Below are positions 19,149 to 30,119 of a DNA stretch of 64,000 nucleotides, piece by piece. Every line of letters begins with the position of its first letter. Position 1 is the first letter of the stretch. Source of the stretch: an uncultured Chloroflexia bacterium (GTDB taxonomy: Bacteria; Chloroflexota; Anaerolineae; JAAYZQ01); assembly GCA_963700285.1 (NCBI GenBank), contig CAVOXA010000001.1, positions 256,001 to 320,000 on the forward strand, in the 5' to 3' direction. Made by a program: the position numbers and the translations under genes. The notes beneath the pieces are model-generated. The model made no database searches and was not told the origin of the DNA. It saw nothing but the letters and a program-made list of their open reading frames with translations.

Positions 19149-19372
19149 CCGTCCCAACTCAAACTTCCACCTAAATGTATACACTGTCGACTTGCGTAGG
19201 CTTTTGTGATGAGAGAGAGCTTGTGGTATAATGGCAGCACGCGAGCTGAGATAAAGCTGCTGGTTGCTAGGAGTTTCGGTTTGGCTGCGGCAAAGGATGG
19301 CCTCGATATGAATCCACGAAAGCTGTGTGGTCAAGTTCTCTCCCGTCGCGCGGATGGGGAAATGATGTCGCG

Positions 19373-20720
19373 ATGATCTTGACCATCCTGTTGGCTACCC
19401 TCGTTATATCGATGATGATCTTTTTCAACGGGCTGTACGTGGCCGGCGAGTTTTCGTCGGTCAGCGCCCGCAAGACGCGCATCATCCAGATGGCCGAGGA
19501 AGGCAACCGGCTGGCCCAGACCCTGCTGCCTGTCCTGCAGGATCCGCACAAGCTGGACAACTATATCGCCGCCAGCCAGGTGGGCATCACCCTGTCGAGC
19601 ATCGTGCTGGGCATCTATGGCGAGCAGCAGATCGCGCCCCTCATCGCGCCGTGGATCGCCAAGCTGCCCATCGGCGCGATCCGGCACCGGCGGTCACGTG
19701 GCCGCCGCCGGCATCGCCTCTACCCTGGTGCTCATCGTGCTGACGACGCTCCAGGTGGTGATGGGCGAGCTGGTGCCCAAGTCGGTGGCCATCCAGTACC
19801 CGGAGAGGCTGGCACTGCTCACCGCCCTGCCCATGAAGTGGTCAGCAGACTATATTCTAAAACCTCTCATCGTCCTGCTAAACGGCAGCGGCGCGCTGAT
19901 CCTTAAGCTGCTGGGCATCGGGCGATGGCGGGGGCCACACCCACGTCCACTCGCCGGAAGAGATCCTCATCCTGGTCAAAGAGAGCCATCGCGGCGGGCT
20001 GATCGCCGCCGATGAACGCCAGTTTCTCCAGAATGTGTTCCGCCGCAGCCAGCTCCGGGCCGAGGAGATTGCCGTCCCCCGCACCCGGATGGTGGCCGCC
20101 CCGGTCGACAGGCCGGTGAGTGAGGTGCTCAAGCTGGCCGCCGACTCGGCCTACACGCGCATCCCCATCTATGAGGGCGACATCGACCACATCGTCGGCT
20201 TTGTCCACCTGCGCGACCTGTTCGCCCTGTACCGGACCGACGCCGAGGCGGATGTCCGCAGCATCGTGCGGCCCGGTGCCCTTTGTGCCCGAAACCCTCA
20301 CCAGCGCCGAGGTGTGGGAGCGGCTCGACGAGGCGCAGAGCTATCTGGCGATTGTCTTTGACGAATATGGCGGCACCAGCGGCCTGATCACCCGCGAGGA
20401 CCTGGTCGAAGAGCTTTTTGGCGAGCTGCAGGACGAATTTGACCAGGAACAGGCGTTCCTGACACCCGCATGGCGCCGGGCGCATCAGCGTGCGCGGCGA
20501 CATGCTCATCTCCTAGCCTCAACGACAAGTTGGAGATCAACCTGCCGCACGAAGAGTCCCACACCGTCGGCGGGCTGGTCATGGATAGCTTGGGACGCAT
20601 CCCCCAGGTGGGCGACGCAGGTCGAGATACGAGGGCATCGGCCTGCGGGTGGAAGCAGTGAGATCACCACTCGAGTGACCAAGGTGTGTGTGTCCCTGCC
20701 TGCCGAGGAGAGCGGCGTGA
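19373..20720 (+). CDS. HlyC/CorC (CNNM: DUF21-CBS-CorC) transporter, copy 1; several indels, end approximate
   Basis: FFNGLYVAGEFSSVS, SQVGITLSS, VMGELVPKSVA, HSPEE, YTRIPIYEGDIDHIVG, DEYGGTSGLITREDLVEELFGELQDEFD. Confidence 0.85.
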
Positions 20721-20726
20721 TGGCCG

Positions 20727-22044
20727 GTGTTCTTCTCGTTCATCGTCATCGTCATCCTGATCCTGATCAACGGTCTGTTCGTGGCCGCCGAGTTTTCCAT
20801 CATTGGCGTGCGCCCCACGCGCGTCGAGCAACTGGCTGCTGGCGGAAACCGGGCTGCACGCTGGGTGCAGGGCATCCTGGACGAACAGGCGCAAGACCGA
20901 TCGCTACATCGCCACGGCCCAGTTGGGCATCACCCTGGCCAGCCTGGGCCTGGGCATGTACGCCGAGCCGGCCATCGCCCATCTGATCGAGGCCCCACTG
21001 CACGATTGGTTCGGCCTGGAAGGGGCCATCGTTCACACCATCTCCTTCATCCTGGCCCTGGCGATCATCACCTACCTGCACGTCGTCGTCGGCGAGATGG
21101 TGCCCAAGTCGCTGGCGCTCCAGAATGCGGAGGGAACCGTGCTCAGCTCTGACCACCCCGATGAGGCTCATAGGCAAGCTTTTCTCGATCCCGGTGACGC
21201 TGCTGAACCGGATCGGCCTGTGGACGCTCAAGCTGCTGCGCATTCCGCCGCCCGGCGAGGACAGCCGGCTCTATTCCCTGGACGAGTTGGAGCTGCTCGT
21301 CTCCGAGAGCTATGCCGAGGGCCTGTTCGAGGATGACGAGCAGGAACTGGTGACCAATCTCCTCGATTTTGCCGAGGAACGGGTAGACCAGGTCATGATG
21401 CCCCGGCCGATGATGACTGCCATCCCGGCCCATCGACATCGACGAGGAGGAACTGCTGTCGCTGTTTGCATCCACGCCCTACAGCCGGCTGCCGGTGTAT
21501 GGCGAGAGCATCGACGACATTCATCGGAGTTGTGCATCTCAAGGACCTGGTACGCCAGCAGCTTGCGCAGGAGCCCTTCGAGCTGGCACCGCTTGCTGCG
21601 ACCGGTATCCTTTGTGCCTGAAACCTTGCCGGTCAAGACGCTGCTGGCCGAGTTTCAGAGGACAGCGCCAGCAGATCGCCATCGTCATCGATGAGCACGG
21701 GCGGAACGCTGGGCCTGGTAACGATGGAGGATCTCCTCGAAGAGGTGGTCGGCGAGGTGCGCGACGAGTTTGACATTGAGGAGGAGGCGCCGCTCACCCT
21801 CGTCGAGCCCGGCCACCTCACCGTGCAGGGCGCTGTACAACTGGAGGACCTCGAGGCCTACGTGGACATCGGCCAGTACGAGCACGATGTGCAGACCGTA
21901 GGCGGGCTGGTCTGGGCGGAGTTAGGCCGCCGGCCTGAGGTTGGCGACCAGGTCACGTTTGGCAAGGTGACCTTTCGCGTGGAGGTGATGACCGGCCTGG
22001 CCATCAGCCAGGTTTCGCTTGATTTTCCGGCGGAAACGGGATGA
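20727..22044 (+). CDS. HlyC/CorC (CNNM) transporter, copy 2; several indels
   Basis: INGLFVAAEFS, AQLGITLASLGLG, VVGEMVPKSLA, GGTLGLVTMEDLLEEVVGEVRDEFD, TVGGLV. Confidence 0.85.
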
Positions 22045-22070
22045 TCTGAGTATTTGAACTGACTCAATGC

Positions 22071-22340
22071 CTACACCGTTGTGTTTGTCTCTGCCCCCAG
22101 TACGTCAAGCCACACCTTGAAGCCGCTAAGAACCGGGGCAAACATGAGCAGATAGGGCTGCGACAGCGGGCGATGCTCGGGGTCGCGAACGCCTGTCCGC
22201 CACGAGAGGTAGGTCAGAAGCAGTTGAAAGGCAGCATAGGACAGGGCGAACCCCACCGAACTTTCCCCCAGGGCATCGTGGGCAAAGGCCGCCATGGAGG
22301 CTACCGTGAATATCTGCAGGAAGGTTCTGGCTTTGTCATC
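22071..22340 (-). pseudogene. LtrA (low-temperature requirement A) family internal fragment
   Basis: FTVASMAAFAHDALGESSVGFALSYAAFQLLLTYLSWRTG..PEHRPLSQPY resembles LtrA; much shorter than full length. Confidence 0.55.
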
Positions 22341-22434
22341 ACCGACACTCGCTTGATGGCGTCGACAGGATCGGGCAGGGCTCGGATGCGTAGCATCCCG
22401 ATCCGTCGAACGCCCTCTGTCGGCGGAGACTATT

Positions 22435-24333
22435 TCATGCACTCCCACCAGGGAGGTACTCTGCCACCCAACCGACGCCGAGCTCGTGCAGCTTTTCCGG
22501 GTAGGGGACGCCAGTCTCGCGATCCCAGCCCATCATGACATAGTAGGTGTGCATGGCCTGCTGCAGTGCCTCCTCGTCGATGCCGCCGTCCGAAAGAAGA
22601 CCACCGCGAGTGGGCGAGTAGCTGCGCTCGCAGAGCCGGTCGTCTTGCGCGGTCAAGCCCGCCCGCATATTGAAGGCGCGCGCCAGCGTCATCGCCCGCT
22701 CGCCCACCTTGACAAGTTCATGGTCAGAAACGTCCCAGCCCGTCGCCGCCCGTACCATGTCGGTCAGGTCGCCCAGGCTCCAGCCTGGGAAGATGCACAT
22801 GGTGAGACAGTTGTGCATGATGGAGGTCATCGAGTCATAGATGGTGGCCCGTACCTTCTCAGGACCCAGGCTTTCTAATTCCAACGGTTCCAACACACCT
22901 ACGGCGCGCAATCCTTCACGGAAGAGAAAGCCATCCTCGTCGGCGGACGCCAGACCGGTGTCATGCAGCGAGTGACAATGATCGGCGCCGGTGGGCGATA
23001 CGGCGTAGCCGATGGCCAGGCCCCGCTTTAGCCGCGGTTCGTGCATCGGCTGGGCCTGCCCCTTGGCGTGGACGGCGAACCGTTCCGCGCCCTCACCGAT
23101 TTTTGCGGCGGCCGGGAGCAGGCCTTCAGCCAGAATATCGCCTAGCCCTTCCCGCCTGGCGATCTTTTCCACCATCTGGACCATGGCCTCACCGTTCCCG
23201 AACCGCAGGTCGATGCCTCTGGTATCCTCGCGAGTCAGCAGGCCTTCCTCGTAGCATTCCATGGCAAAGGCGATGGTCACTCCCGCGCCGATGGTGTCCA
23301 GCGAGTGGGCGTTGCAGAGTTCGTTGGCCCTTGATACGGCCACGATGTCGCTCACGCCGCAGGTGGTGCCCAGGGCTCCGATGGTCTCGTACTCTGGCCC
23401 GCCATAGTCGGGATCGACCTCGAAGGGCTCCTGGGCCTGGACGACCTTTTTGCAGCGCACCGCGCAGGCCCAGCAGCCTTCCATGCCCACGCCGATCTTG
23501 TCCACCACGAACTCGAGCCCCCCGATCTCGGGGAACTCGCCATCGCGAAAGTTGCGCACGGGCATGTTGCCAGAGATAATCCCGTCTTCCAGCGCTCCCC
23601 CGCCTGTGCCTGACTTGTGCAGCCAAGCAGCCCGTTCCCCGTCCTGGACTTCTTGCGCCGACCGGCGGGCCATGGCCTGGATCGTGTCAGGATCCGCGGC
23701 CTGCAGGTTCTGCGTCCCGCGGGCTACCACGGCTTTCAGCTTCTTGGAACCCATCACCGCGCCCAAGCCCGTTCGTCCGGCAGCGCTTTTGAGACCATTC
23801 ATGACACAGGCAAAGCGCACCAGGTTCTCCCCACCGGGACCGATCATGGACAGTTCAGCGCGCTTCTCACCCAGCTCCTCCCGGACTGCTTCCTGGGTCT
23901 CTTTGACCGTCTTGCCCCAGAGATGCGCGGCATCACGGATCTCGACTGTACCGTCCTTTATCCAGAGATATACCGGCCGCTCCGATGCCCCCTCGACGAT
24001 CAGTACGTCAAAACCGGCGCGCTTGAATTGCGCGCCGAAATCGCCTCCGACTTCGGCAGCGCCAAAGCCCCCGGTGATGGGTGACTTGGCGCCCACCGCA
24101 TTTCGAGATGCGCCCATGATCGGCAGACCGGACAACACACCGGGTGCGAATATGAGCTTGTTTTTGGGGCCAAGCGGATCGGCATCTGGCGGCACCTCAC
24201 GCAGGAGCGTGTCGGCAATGATGTTCCAGCCGCCCATGTACTGCCGCAGGTAAAGTGCACCAGGCTCATCGATGCTGATCTGGCCGTCTGTCAGATTGAC
24301 GCGCAGGATCTTGTTGTGAAACGAGCGAGACAT
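22435..24333 (-). CDS. Aldehyde:ferredoxin oxidoreductase (W-pterin AOR family)
   Basis: ATG 24333 after AAGGAGG; KILRVNLT, AKSPITG, AAGRTGLGAVMGSKKLKAVV, CWACAVRC, GPEYET, HEPR, GADHC. Confidence 0.92.
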   Translation of the reverse strand: MSRSFHNKILRVNLTDGQISIDEPGALYLRQYMGGWNIIADTLLREVPPDADPLGPKNKLIFAPGVLSGLPIMGASRNAVGAKSPITGGFGAAEVGGDFGAQFKRAGFDVLIVEGASERPVYLWIKDGTVEIRDAAHLWGKTVKETQEAVREELGEKRAELSMIGPGGENLVRFACVMNGLKSAAGRTGLGAVMGSKKLKAVVARGTQNLQAADPDTIQAMARRSAQEVQDGERAAWLHKSGTGGGALEDGIISGNMPVRNFRDGEFPEIGGLEFVVDKIGVGMEGCWACAVRCKKVVQAQEPFEVDPDYGGPEYETIGALGTTCGVSDIVAVSRANELCNAHSLDTIGAGVTIAFAMECYEEGLLTREDTRGIDLRFGNGEAMVQMVEKIARREGLGDILAEGLLPAAAKIGEGAERFAVHAKGQAQPMHEPRLKRGLAIGYAVSPTGADHCHSLHDTGLASADEDGFLFREGLRAVGVLEPLELESLGPEKVRATIYDSMTSIMHNCLTMCIFPGWSLGDLTDMVRAATGWDVSDHELVKVGERAMTLARAFNMRAGLTAQDDRLCERSYSPTRGGLLSDGGIDEEALQQAMHTYYVMMGWDRETGVPYPEKLHELGVGWVAEYLPGGSA

Positions 24334-24421
24334 GCGTACCTCCTTCTTCATACTTGATTGGTCCAATGGTGCAAGACGTTGAATTTCTTTGCAGCTCTGG
24401 CATCGGCGTTCGCCGAGCGGC

Positions 24422-25625
24422 CTAGGGATAGTGGTCAGAGATCCGGCCGCGCTTGCCCAGAATGGCATGTACCTTTTCCAGCTCCACGGGGATGTTGATC
24501 TCCTGCGGGCACTTTTCCAGGCACTTGCCGCACTCGATGCACAAGGACGCATTGCCGTTCGGATTCTCCTTGTCGAGCTTGTCCTTGGAACTGGCCAGAT
24601 TTCCGTAGCCCCTTCTTGACCTGCCAGCGCCGGATGCGACCGCTGCTCCATGGGCGACGTTGTTCAGGATGGCAAAGTTCTGGGGGATGTTGACGCCGGC
24701 CGGACAGGGCATGCAGTACTCGCAGCCTGTGCAGGGCACCAGGATCTGGCGGCGATAGACCTCGGCCAGCCGGGCGATCACCTCCTCGTCCTCCTGGCTC
24801 AGGGAGTTGATGCCCGAGCGATCGGCGCTGGCGCAGTTCTCGTCGACCATCTGCTGGCTGCCCATGCCGCTGAGCACCGTGGCCACTTCGGGCCGGTTCC
24901 AGAGGAACTGCAGTGCCCAATCGACGGGCGTGCGTTGGGTGCTCGCCGCCTCGCATGATCTCCAGTGCCTCGTCCGGCGGGTTGGCCAAGCTGCCCGCCC
25001 TTGAGCGGTTCCATGATGACCATGGCGATGCCCTTGCTGTGGCCATAGACCAGGCCGTCGCTGGTGGCCTGGATGCCGGTGTCCATATAGTTGTACTGGA
25101 TCTGGGCCATGTCCCAGTCATAGTAGTCGACGATCTCTTTGAAGACGGGGAAGGTGTCGTGGAAGGAGAAGCCGATGTGGCGGATCCGGCCCTGTCTCTT
25201 GGCCTCCTCCATCTTTTCGATCAGCCCCAGCCGTCTTCACCTTCTCCAAGGCCTCCGGCGTTCATGGCATGGAAGAGGTAGATGTCCAGGTACTCGGTTT
25301 GCAGCTTCTCCAATTGCGCGTTCAGGTAGCGGTCAAAAGCGTCTGCCGCCCGCACCACGGGCAACGGCAGCTTGGTCACCAGGTGAACCCGCTCGCGGTA
25401 GCCATCCTGCAGCGCCTGGCCGACGATGCGCTCACTGTCCCCCAGGTGGTAGGGCCAGGCCGTGTCGATGTAGTTGATGCCCAGGTCGATGCCGTGGCGG
25501 ATGATGCGGATAGATTCCTCTGTCTCGGCCCTCAGTCGGTTGAGCCTTCGCGGCGGCAGGCGCATGCAGCCAAAGCCCAGGGCCGAGACTTCCCAATCCA
25601 ACGATCCCATCTTGCGGTATTGCAT
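24422..25625 (-). CDS. Aldo/keto reductase with C-terminal 4Fe-4S dicluster (indels)
   Basis: SALGFGCMRLP, GINYIDTAWPYH, IGFSFHD, QIQYNYMD, MEPLKGG, CTGCEYCMPCP, CIECGKCLEKCPQ. Confidence 0.9.
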
Positions 25626-25728
25626 CTATGTCGCGTCCTTTCCGAAGTTTCTATGAGTTGAGTTGCACCGCCGTAAGCAGGCAGTGCTGGGCAGAGACCT
25701 GTCGATTTCGAAGCCTAGTGCGGCACGA

Positions 25729-26288
25729 TCAGCGCGTGAGCGCATCCCAGGTGGCGTTCATAGCCAGTTCTTTGGCTTCATCATCCAAGGTCAATTGCCC
25801 AGACGCGTGGTGTTTGGCCAGCGAGACAGCGACCTCCGCCGTAGAGGCAGACAGCATGGCCAGGGGCATCTCCTTGAATACGCCTTCCTCGTACGCGTAC
25901 TGGAAGAAGCGCATGAGGGGTTCGTACTGTTCGGCGAAGGTGGCCTGCACCTCGGCAGTCAGGTAGGGTGAATTGTCGAACTGCTCCGCAAAGGTCAGCT
26001 CCTGGGGATGGTCCATGTAGTAGTGCAGCATGTTGAGCCATAGGGTCCGGAACCGCTCACGCAGCGACAGGTCCTCGGAATAGCCTTCGAGGGAGGCCTG
26101 GCCTTTCTCGCGCTTGATCTCCAGGTACAATTGGGTGATCAGGTCTTTCTTGCTGTCGAAGTAGCGGTAGATGGTGCCGGCGCCGACATCTGCCCTGTCG
26201 CGATCATGGACATGGCCGTGCCGAGAAAGCCGTGCTCGCAGATCAGCTCCAGGGCTGCATCCAGAATCGCAGCGCGCTTGGTTGTCAT
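25729..26288 (-). CDS. TetR/AcrR family regulator (indels near the N-terminus)
   Basis: MTTKRAAILDAALEL..HGF, ADVGAGTIYRYFDSKKDLI. Confidence 0.88.
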
Positions 26289-26319
26289 CCAGGCTTCTCC
26301 CCAGTCCTCTCAGCAACCT

Positions 26320-26374
26320 GCGGACGGAACGTTCATTCCGCCCGTAGTATAGCGCATCCCCGAGCAGGAGTCAA
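26320..26374 (-). promoter_or_regulatory. Promoter plus palindromic TetR-type operator
   Basis: TTGACT (26374-26369)-17 nt-TATACT (26351-26346); imperfect palindrome GCGGA-CG-GAACGTTC-AT-TCCGC at 26320-26341, just downstream. Confidence 0.7.
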
Positions 26375-26625
26375 GAGCGTCGCAAAGCAGTGGAGACCAT
26401 CATTGGCAAACAAGGGGAACAGGTCTTGCCGGCCAAGGAGAACCAGCAGCACTACAGGGCAATTGCATTTGGGTTGAACAGCCGGTGCAACGCACCTCAG
26501 CGCTCCGATGAATGCGTTGAAACCAGCAGAAATCGTGCCCAGATTAGCCGCGGTGTCCTTTGATGGAGGTGCGTTGCACCTGTACCACGGCAAATGCGTT
26601 TGCCCTAGTAGCACTTCGTATTGAC

Positions 26626-26654
26626 TTGACTGGCGATGACTTGGTTGGTATAAT
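26626..26654 (+). promoter_or_regulatory. Sigma70 promoter of the MalT-like gene
   Basis: TTGACT-17 nt-TATAAT. Confidence 0.7.
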
Positions 26655-26745
26655 GACGTGCGGAAAGGGGGTGAGGCAGAGGGTGGAACATACGAAAGCC
26701 CCAGGCGGTCCTGTAGTCACGGAACGGAACGGCGGATCCGATTCC

Positions 26746-29505
26746 ATGCTATTGCTGTCTACCAAGCTGTACCGCCCCTCTCTGGGGCCGGATATTGCGC
26801 AGCGCCCCAGGCTCTTGGAGCACCTCAACCGTTACCGCCACAGGCCACTGACCCTGATCTCGGCGCCGGCCGGCTACGGCAAGACCACGTTGGCGAGCAT
26901 GTGGCTTCAAGCCAGCGATTGCACCAGCGCCTGGGTATCGCTGGATGAGAGAGACGATGACCTGTTTGCCTTTGTGGGGTACCTGATAGCTGCCATACTC
27001 GGCGCCTTTCCCGCCCTGGAGCTGAGGACCCCATCCCTACTGAAAGTTCCTGTGACACCTTCAGCATCGGTGGTGGCGTCATTTCTGATCAACGATCTGC
27101 ACCAGATCACGGAACCCTTTATCCTGGCGTTGGATGACATCCACCTGGTCAGAAAGCAGGCTGTCTTTGACCTGCTCGCCGAGTTGTTGCGACATCCCTT
27201 GTCCCGCGTGCACCTCGTCCTGATCGGCAGGCGCGATCCCCCCTTGCCGATCGGGTCCCTGCGCGCGCGTGGACAGGTTACCGAGATTCGGGCGCGAGAT
27301 CTACAATTCACGCCCTCAGAAACTGCGCGACTGTTGGCGCGCACGTTGGACTGGGAGATAGGCGATGAGGCCGCGGCGGAGTGGACACAAAAGGCAGAGG
27401 GTTGGGTGACAGCCTTGCGGCTGACGGTTCTATCGCTTCGCCACCGGCATACGGCTGACGTTCCTACCGCTGCCATCCATGAGGACAGCCAGTACTTGCA
27501 GGAGTACCTGCTAGCTGACGTGCTTGCCAGCCTCTTGCCGGTCCGGAGAGAGTGGCTGCTGAAAGCCTCGATCCTCGATCGCTTCTGCGCGCCGTTGTGT
27601 GAGAGGGTGTGCCGATCAGATGCCACGCCTGGCAAGGCTGAACTGACCGGACAGGAGTTTGTCCGCTGGCTACAGGATGAGAACCTGTTCCTGGTCAGAT
27701 TGGACGACAAGGGCCAATGGTTCCGCTTCCATCACCTGTTCCAGGGCTTCCTTCGAAATCTACTGGAGGTACAACTGGCACCGGACGAGGTCGCCGGCCT
27801 GTACCTGCGTGCCAGCAACTGGTGTGCCGAGAACGGCCTGGTCGATGAGGCGATCCAGTACGCCCTGACCGCCGGGGACGTGGCGGCCGCGGCGCATTTG
27901 GTGTTGCGGCACCGCTATGGGCTGATGGACACAGAACAATGGCGGCGCCTGGACCGCTGGTTGAAGCTGCTGCCGGCCGATGCGGTGGCGAAGAATCCAC
28001 TCCTGTTGAGCACCCGGGCCTTCCTGGCGCTGTACCGCGGTGAGGAGCGGGAGTTGGTTACCGCCCAGAAGCAAGCAAACCTCCTGCTGGCCGAACCCGC
28101 CTCGCCGGGCATGCCCCCCCCGCTGGCTGAGGAGCGTAGGGCCGCTCAGGGTGAGGTTGCCGTGTTGCAGGGCTTTGAGGAGTTCTACCGGGGCCAGGCA
28201 GCGGATGCCATCGCCAGGGCCCGACAAGGCCTGGAATTCCTATCGCCCGAAGCCGGACACATCCGATCGATGGCGCATTGCATAATCGCGGATGGCCTGC
28301 AGATGCAGGGTGACCTGGGACAGGGTGTCAGGGTCTTTGAGAAAGCGCTGCAAGACCCCACCTGGCCCGCGGTTCTCCGCGCCAGACTCCTGCATGGTCT
28401 TTGTATCATCTATTTCTTTGAGGGCGCCCTGATGGGGGTCCTGGAAGCGGCCAGCGAGTGCTTGCGAATTGCCCAGGAATCGCAGCTCCCAGAGTCGGTG
28501 AGCTATGGGCGGTACGACCTGGGCGTCGCACACTATCTTCGCAACGAATTTGCGCAGGCGGAACCCTACCTGCTCGCTCTGCTGGAGGATCGGCCCCTGT
28601 CGACGCCGACCTATCTGGCTTTTGGGGCTTTTGCGCTGGCCCTCATCTATCATTCGCAGGGTCGCCACACAGAAGTCGCGCAGCTCATCGAGCTGGTGAG
28701 CACCCACCTGCAGGAAACGGGGCAGACGGTCGCCTATGAAATTGCCCGGGCCTTCAGAGTCGAGTTGGCGCTCCGTCGGTGCAGGCTGGCTGAGGCCCGA
28801 CAGCTGAGCAAGAAGGTCAATTACGACGTACGCCCTCCCCGATGGTACTTTTACGTGCCGCAGCTCACGCGGTTGAGGCTTTTGCTGGCCGAGGCCACAC
28901 CCGAGAATCTGGCACAGGCCCGTATCCGGCTCGATACCCTGGACGAGGAGATGCGCCAGATCAACCGCAACCATGTGCGCATCGACGCCCTGGCCCTGCA
29001 GGCGCTGGTCTACCGCGCCCTGGGCGAAGAGCAGACTGCCCTCAGCAAACTCGACACAGCGCTGGAACTGGGGGAGCCAGGTGGGTTCATTCGCAACTTT
29101 GTGGACCTGGGCCCGCCCATGGCCGACCTGCTTGGCCGGCTGCAGCGCCAGCAGGAGGCCTCCCAAGCTCCCAGCTTGCCATACGTGGCCCAGATCCTGG
29201 CCGCCTTCCCCGCCAGAGACCAGGCCGGCCCCACGACAACGCTGGCTCCCGGGGCGTCACGGCCTGCCCTCGACTACGGCGAAGGGGTCTTGCCCCCCCC
29301 TGCATCGCTGGTTGAACCCTTAACCAGGCGCGAGTTCCAAATTTTGAAGCTTCTGGCCACAGAGCTGTCCCCGCAAGAGATGGCCGGCGAGCTGTTCCTG
29401 TCCGTGACCACCCTGCGCACGCACATCAGGCATATCTACGGCAAGCTCGACGCTCACAGCCGTCTCGAGGCGGTTCAGCGCGCGATGGAGTTGGGTTTGC
29501 TGTAG
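26746..29505 (+). CDS. MalT-like STAND ATPase / LuxR transcriptional regulator
   Basis: STKLYRP, SAPAGYGKTTL (Walker A), WVSLDERD, LDDIHL, EGWV, WFRFHHLF, TPR region, C-terminal LTRREFQIL..TLRTHIRHIYGKL HTH. Confidence 0.93.
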   Translation: MLLLSTKLYRPSLGPDIAQRPRLLEHLNRYRHRPLTLISAPAGYGKTTLASMWLQASDCTSAWVSLDERDDDLFAFVGYLIAAILGAFPALELRTPSLLKVPVTPSASVVASFLINDLHQITEPFILALDDIHLVRKQAVFDLLAELLRHPLSRVHLVLIGRRDPPLPIGSLRARGQVTEIRARDLQFTPSETARLLARTLDWEIGDEAAAEWTQKAEGWVTALRLTVLSLRHRHTADVPTAAIHEDSQYLQEYLLADVLASLLPVRREWLLKASILDRFCAPLCERVCRSDATPGKAELTGQEFVRWLQDENLFLVRLDDKGQWFRFHHLFQGFLRNLLEVQLAPDEVAGLYLRASNWCAENGLVDEAIQYALTAGDVAAAAHLVLRHRYGLMDTEQWRRLDRWLKLLPADAVAKNPLLLSTRAFLALYRGEERELVTAQKQANLLLAEPASPGMPPPLAEERRAAQGEVAVLQGFEEFYRGQAADAIARARQGLEFLSPEAGHIRSMAHCIIADGLQMQGDLGQGVRVFEKALQDPTWPAVLRARLLHGLCIIYFFEGALMGVLEAASECLRIAQESQLPESVSYGRYDLGVAHYLRNEFAQAEPYLLALLEDRPLSTPTYLAFGAFALALIYHSQGRHTEVAQLIELVSTHLQETGQTVAYEIARAFRVELALRRCRLAEARQLSKKVNYDVRPPRWYFYVPQLTRLRLLLAEATPENLAQARIRLDTLDEEMRQINRNHVRIDALALQALVYRALGEEQTALSKLDTALELGEPGGFIRNFVDLGPPMADLLGRLQRQQEASQAPSLPYVAQILAAFPARDQAGPTTTLAPGASRPALDYGEGVLPPPASLVEPLTRREFQILKLLATELSPQEMAGELFLSVTTLRTHIRHIYGKLDAHSRLEAVQRAMELGLL

Positions 29506-29533
29506 CTGCTCAAGACCGATACGAGATCAAAAA

Positions 29534-29566
29534 AGACCTGACAGGTTTCCAAAACCTGTCAGGTCT
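29534..29566. repeat. REP-like palindrome / terminator
   Basis: AGACCTGACAGGTTT-CCA-AAACCTGTCAGGTCT perfect 15-bp inverted repeat. Confidence 0.75.
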
Positions 29567-29761
29567 CTTGCATATTCGACAGATCTACTCAAGAAATACT
29601 CAACCTTTCTACCCAGTTTGACGATGACAACTACTATGACGGGATGGTAGAATCAGGTCGTAACGTAGTTCAGTGCTGGCAGCCTGTGTCACTTGCGTTC
29701 CCTGGGAACAGGAGCAGCCTCCGTGCCTACGGCTGACATCTAGAATGGAGAGCATTCTTTC

Positions 29762-30022
29762 ATGCGCTCGATCTACAATGAGCCGGGCATCTATATCATC
29801 CGCGTTGCGGGCTCATTGGACGCCACATATTCTGATCGTTTGGGTGGGCTTGTCATTACCGCGTCCGAGAGCAAGGGCCACGACGCCGGGCCAGTTGCAG
29901 ATCTGACCGGTTGGCTAGCCGACCAGGCGGCTCTCTTTGGTGTGCTCAACACGCTGTACGACAACCGCTACCCGGTGTTGTCTGTCGAGTACGTGGGTCC
30001 GGCAGAGCAGGTACAAGGCTAG
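29762..30022 (+). CDS. Small conserved hypothetical protein of the type found beside MalT-like regulators
   Basis: YIIRVAGSLD..YSDRLGGL..LTGWLADQAALFGVLNTLYD..VLSVE; GGAG RBS. Confidence 0.75.
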   Translation: MRSIYNEPGIYIIRVAGSLDATYSDRLGGLVITASESKGHDAGPVADLTGWLADQAALFGVLNTLYDNRYPVLSVEYVGPAEQVQG

Positions 30023-30119
30023 CACCCTGGCAGGGGACCATAGATCGGGGTGAGAGGGCCGCTATGCAGGGAGCCTACAGCTTGAACCGCCAAGACCCAA
30101 ACCAGGAGGCGCGTCTATC

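Noticed and set aside
18686-19334. ORFs of 162-172 aa in the ybaK-CNNM intergenic region
   Set aside because: They translate REP palindromes and show no family motifs or good RBS.
24334-24651. Apparent N-terminal extension of AOR in the 738-aa ORF
   Set aside because: It overlaps the AKR C-terminus; a strong RBS and ATG at 24333 give a normal AOR.
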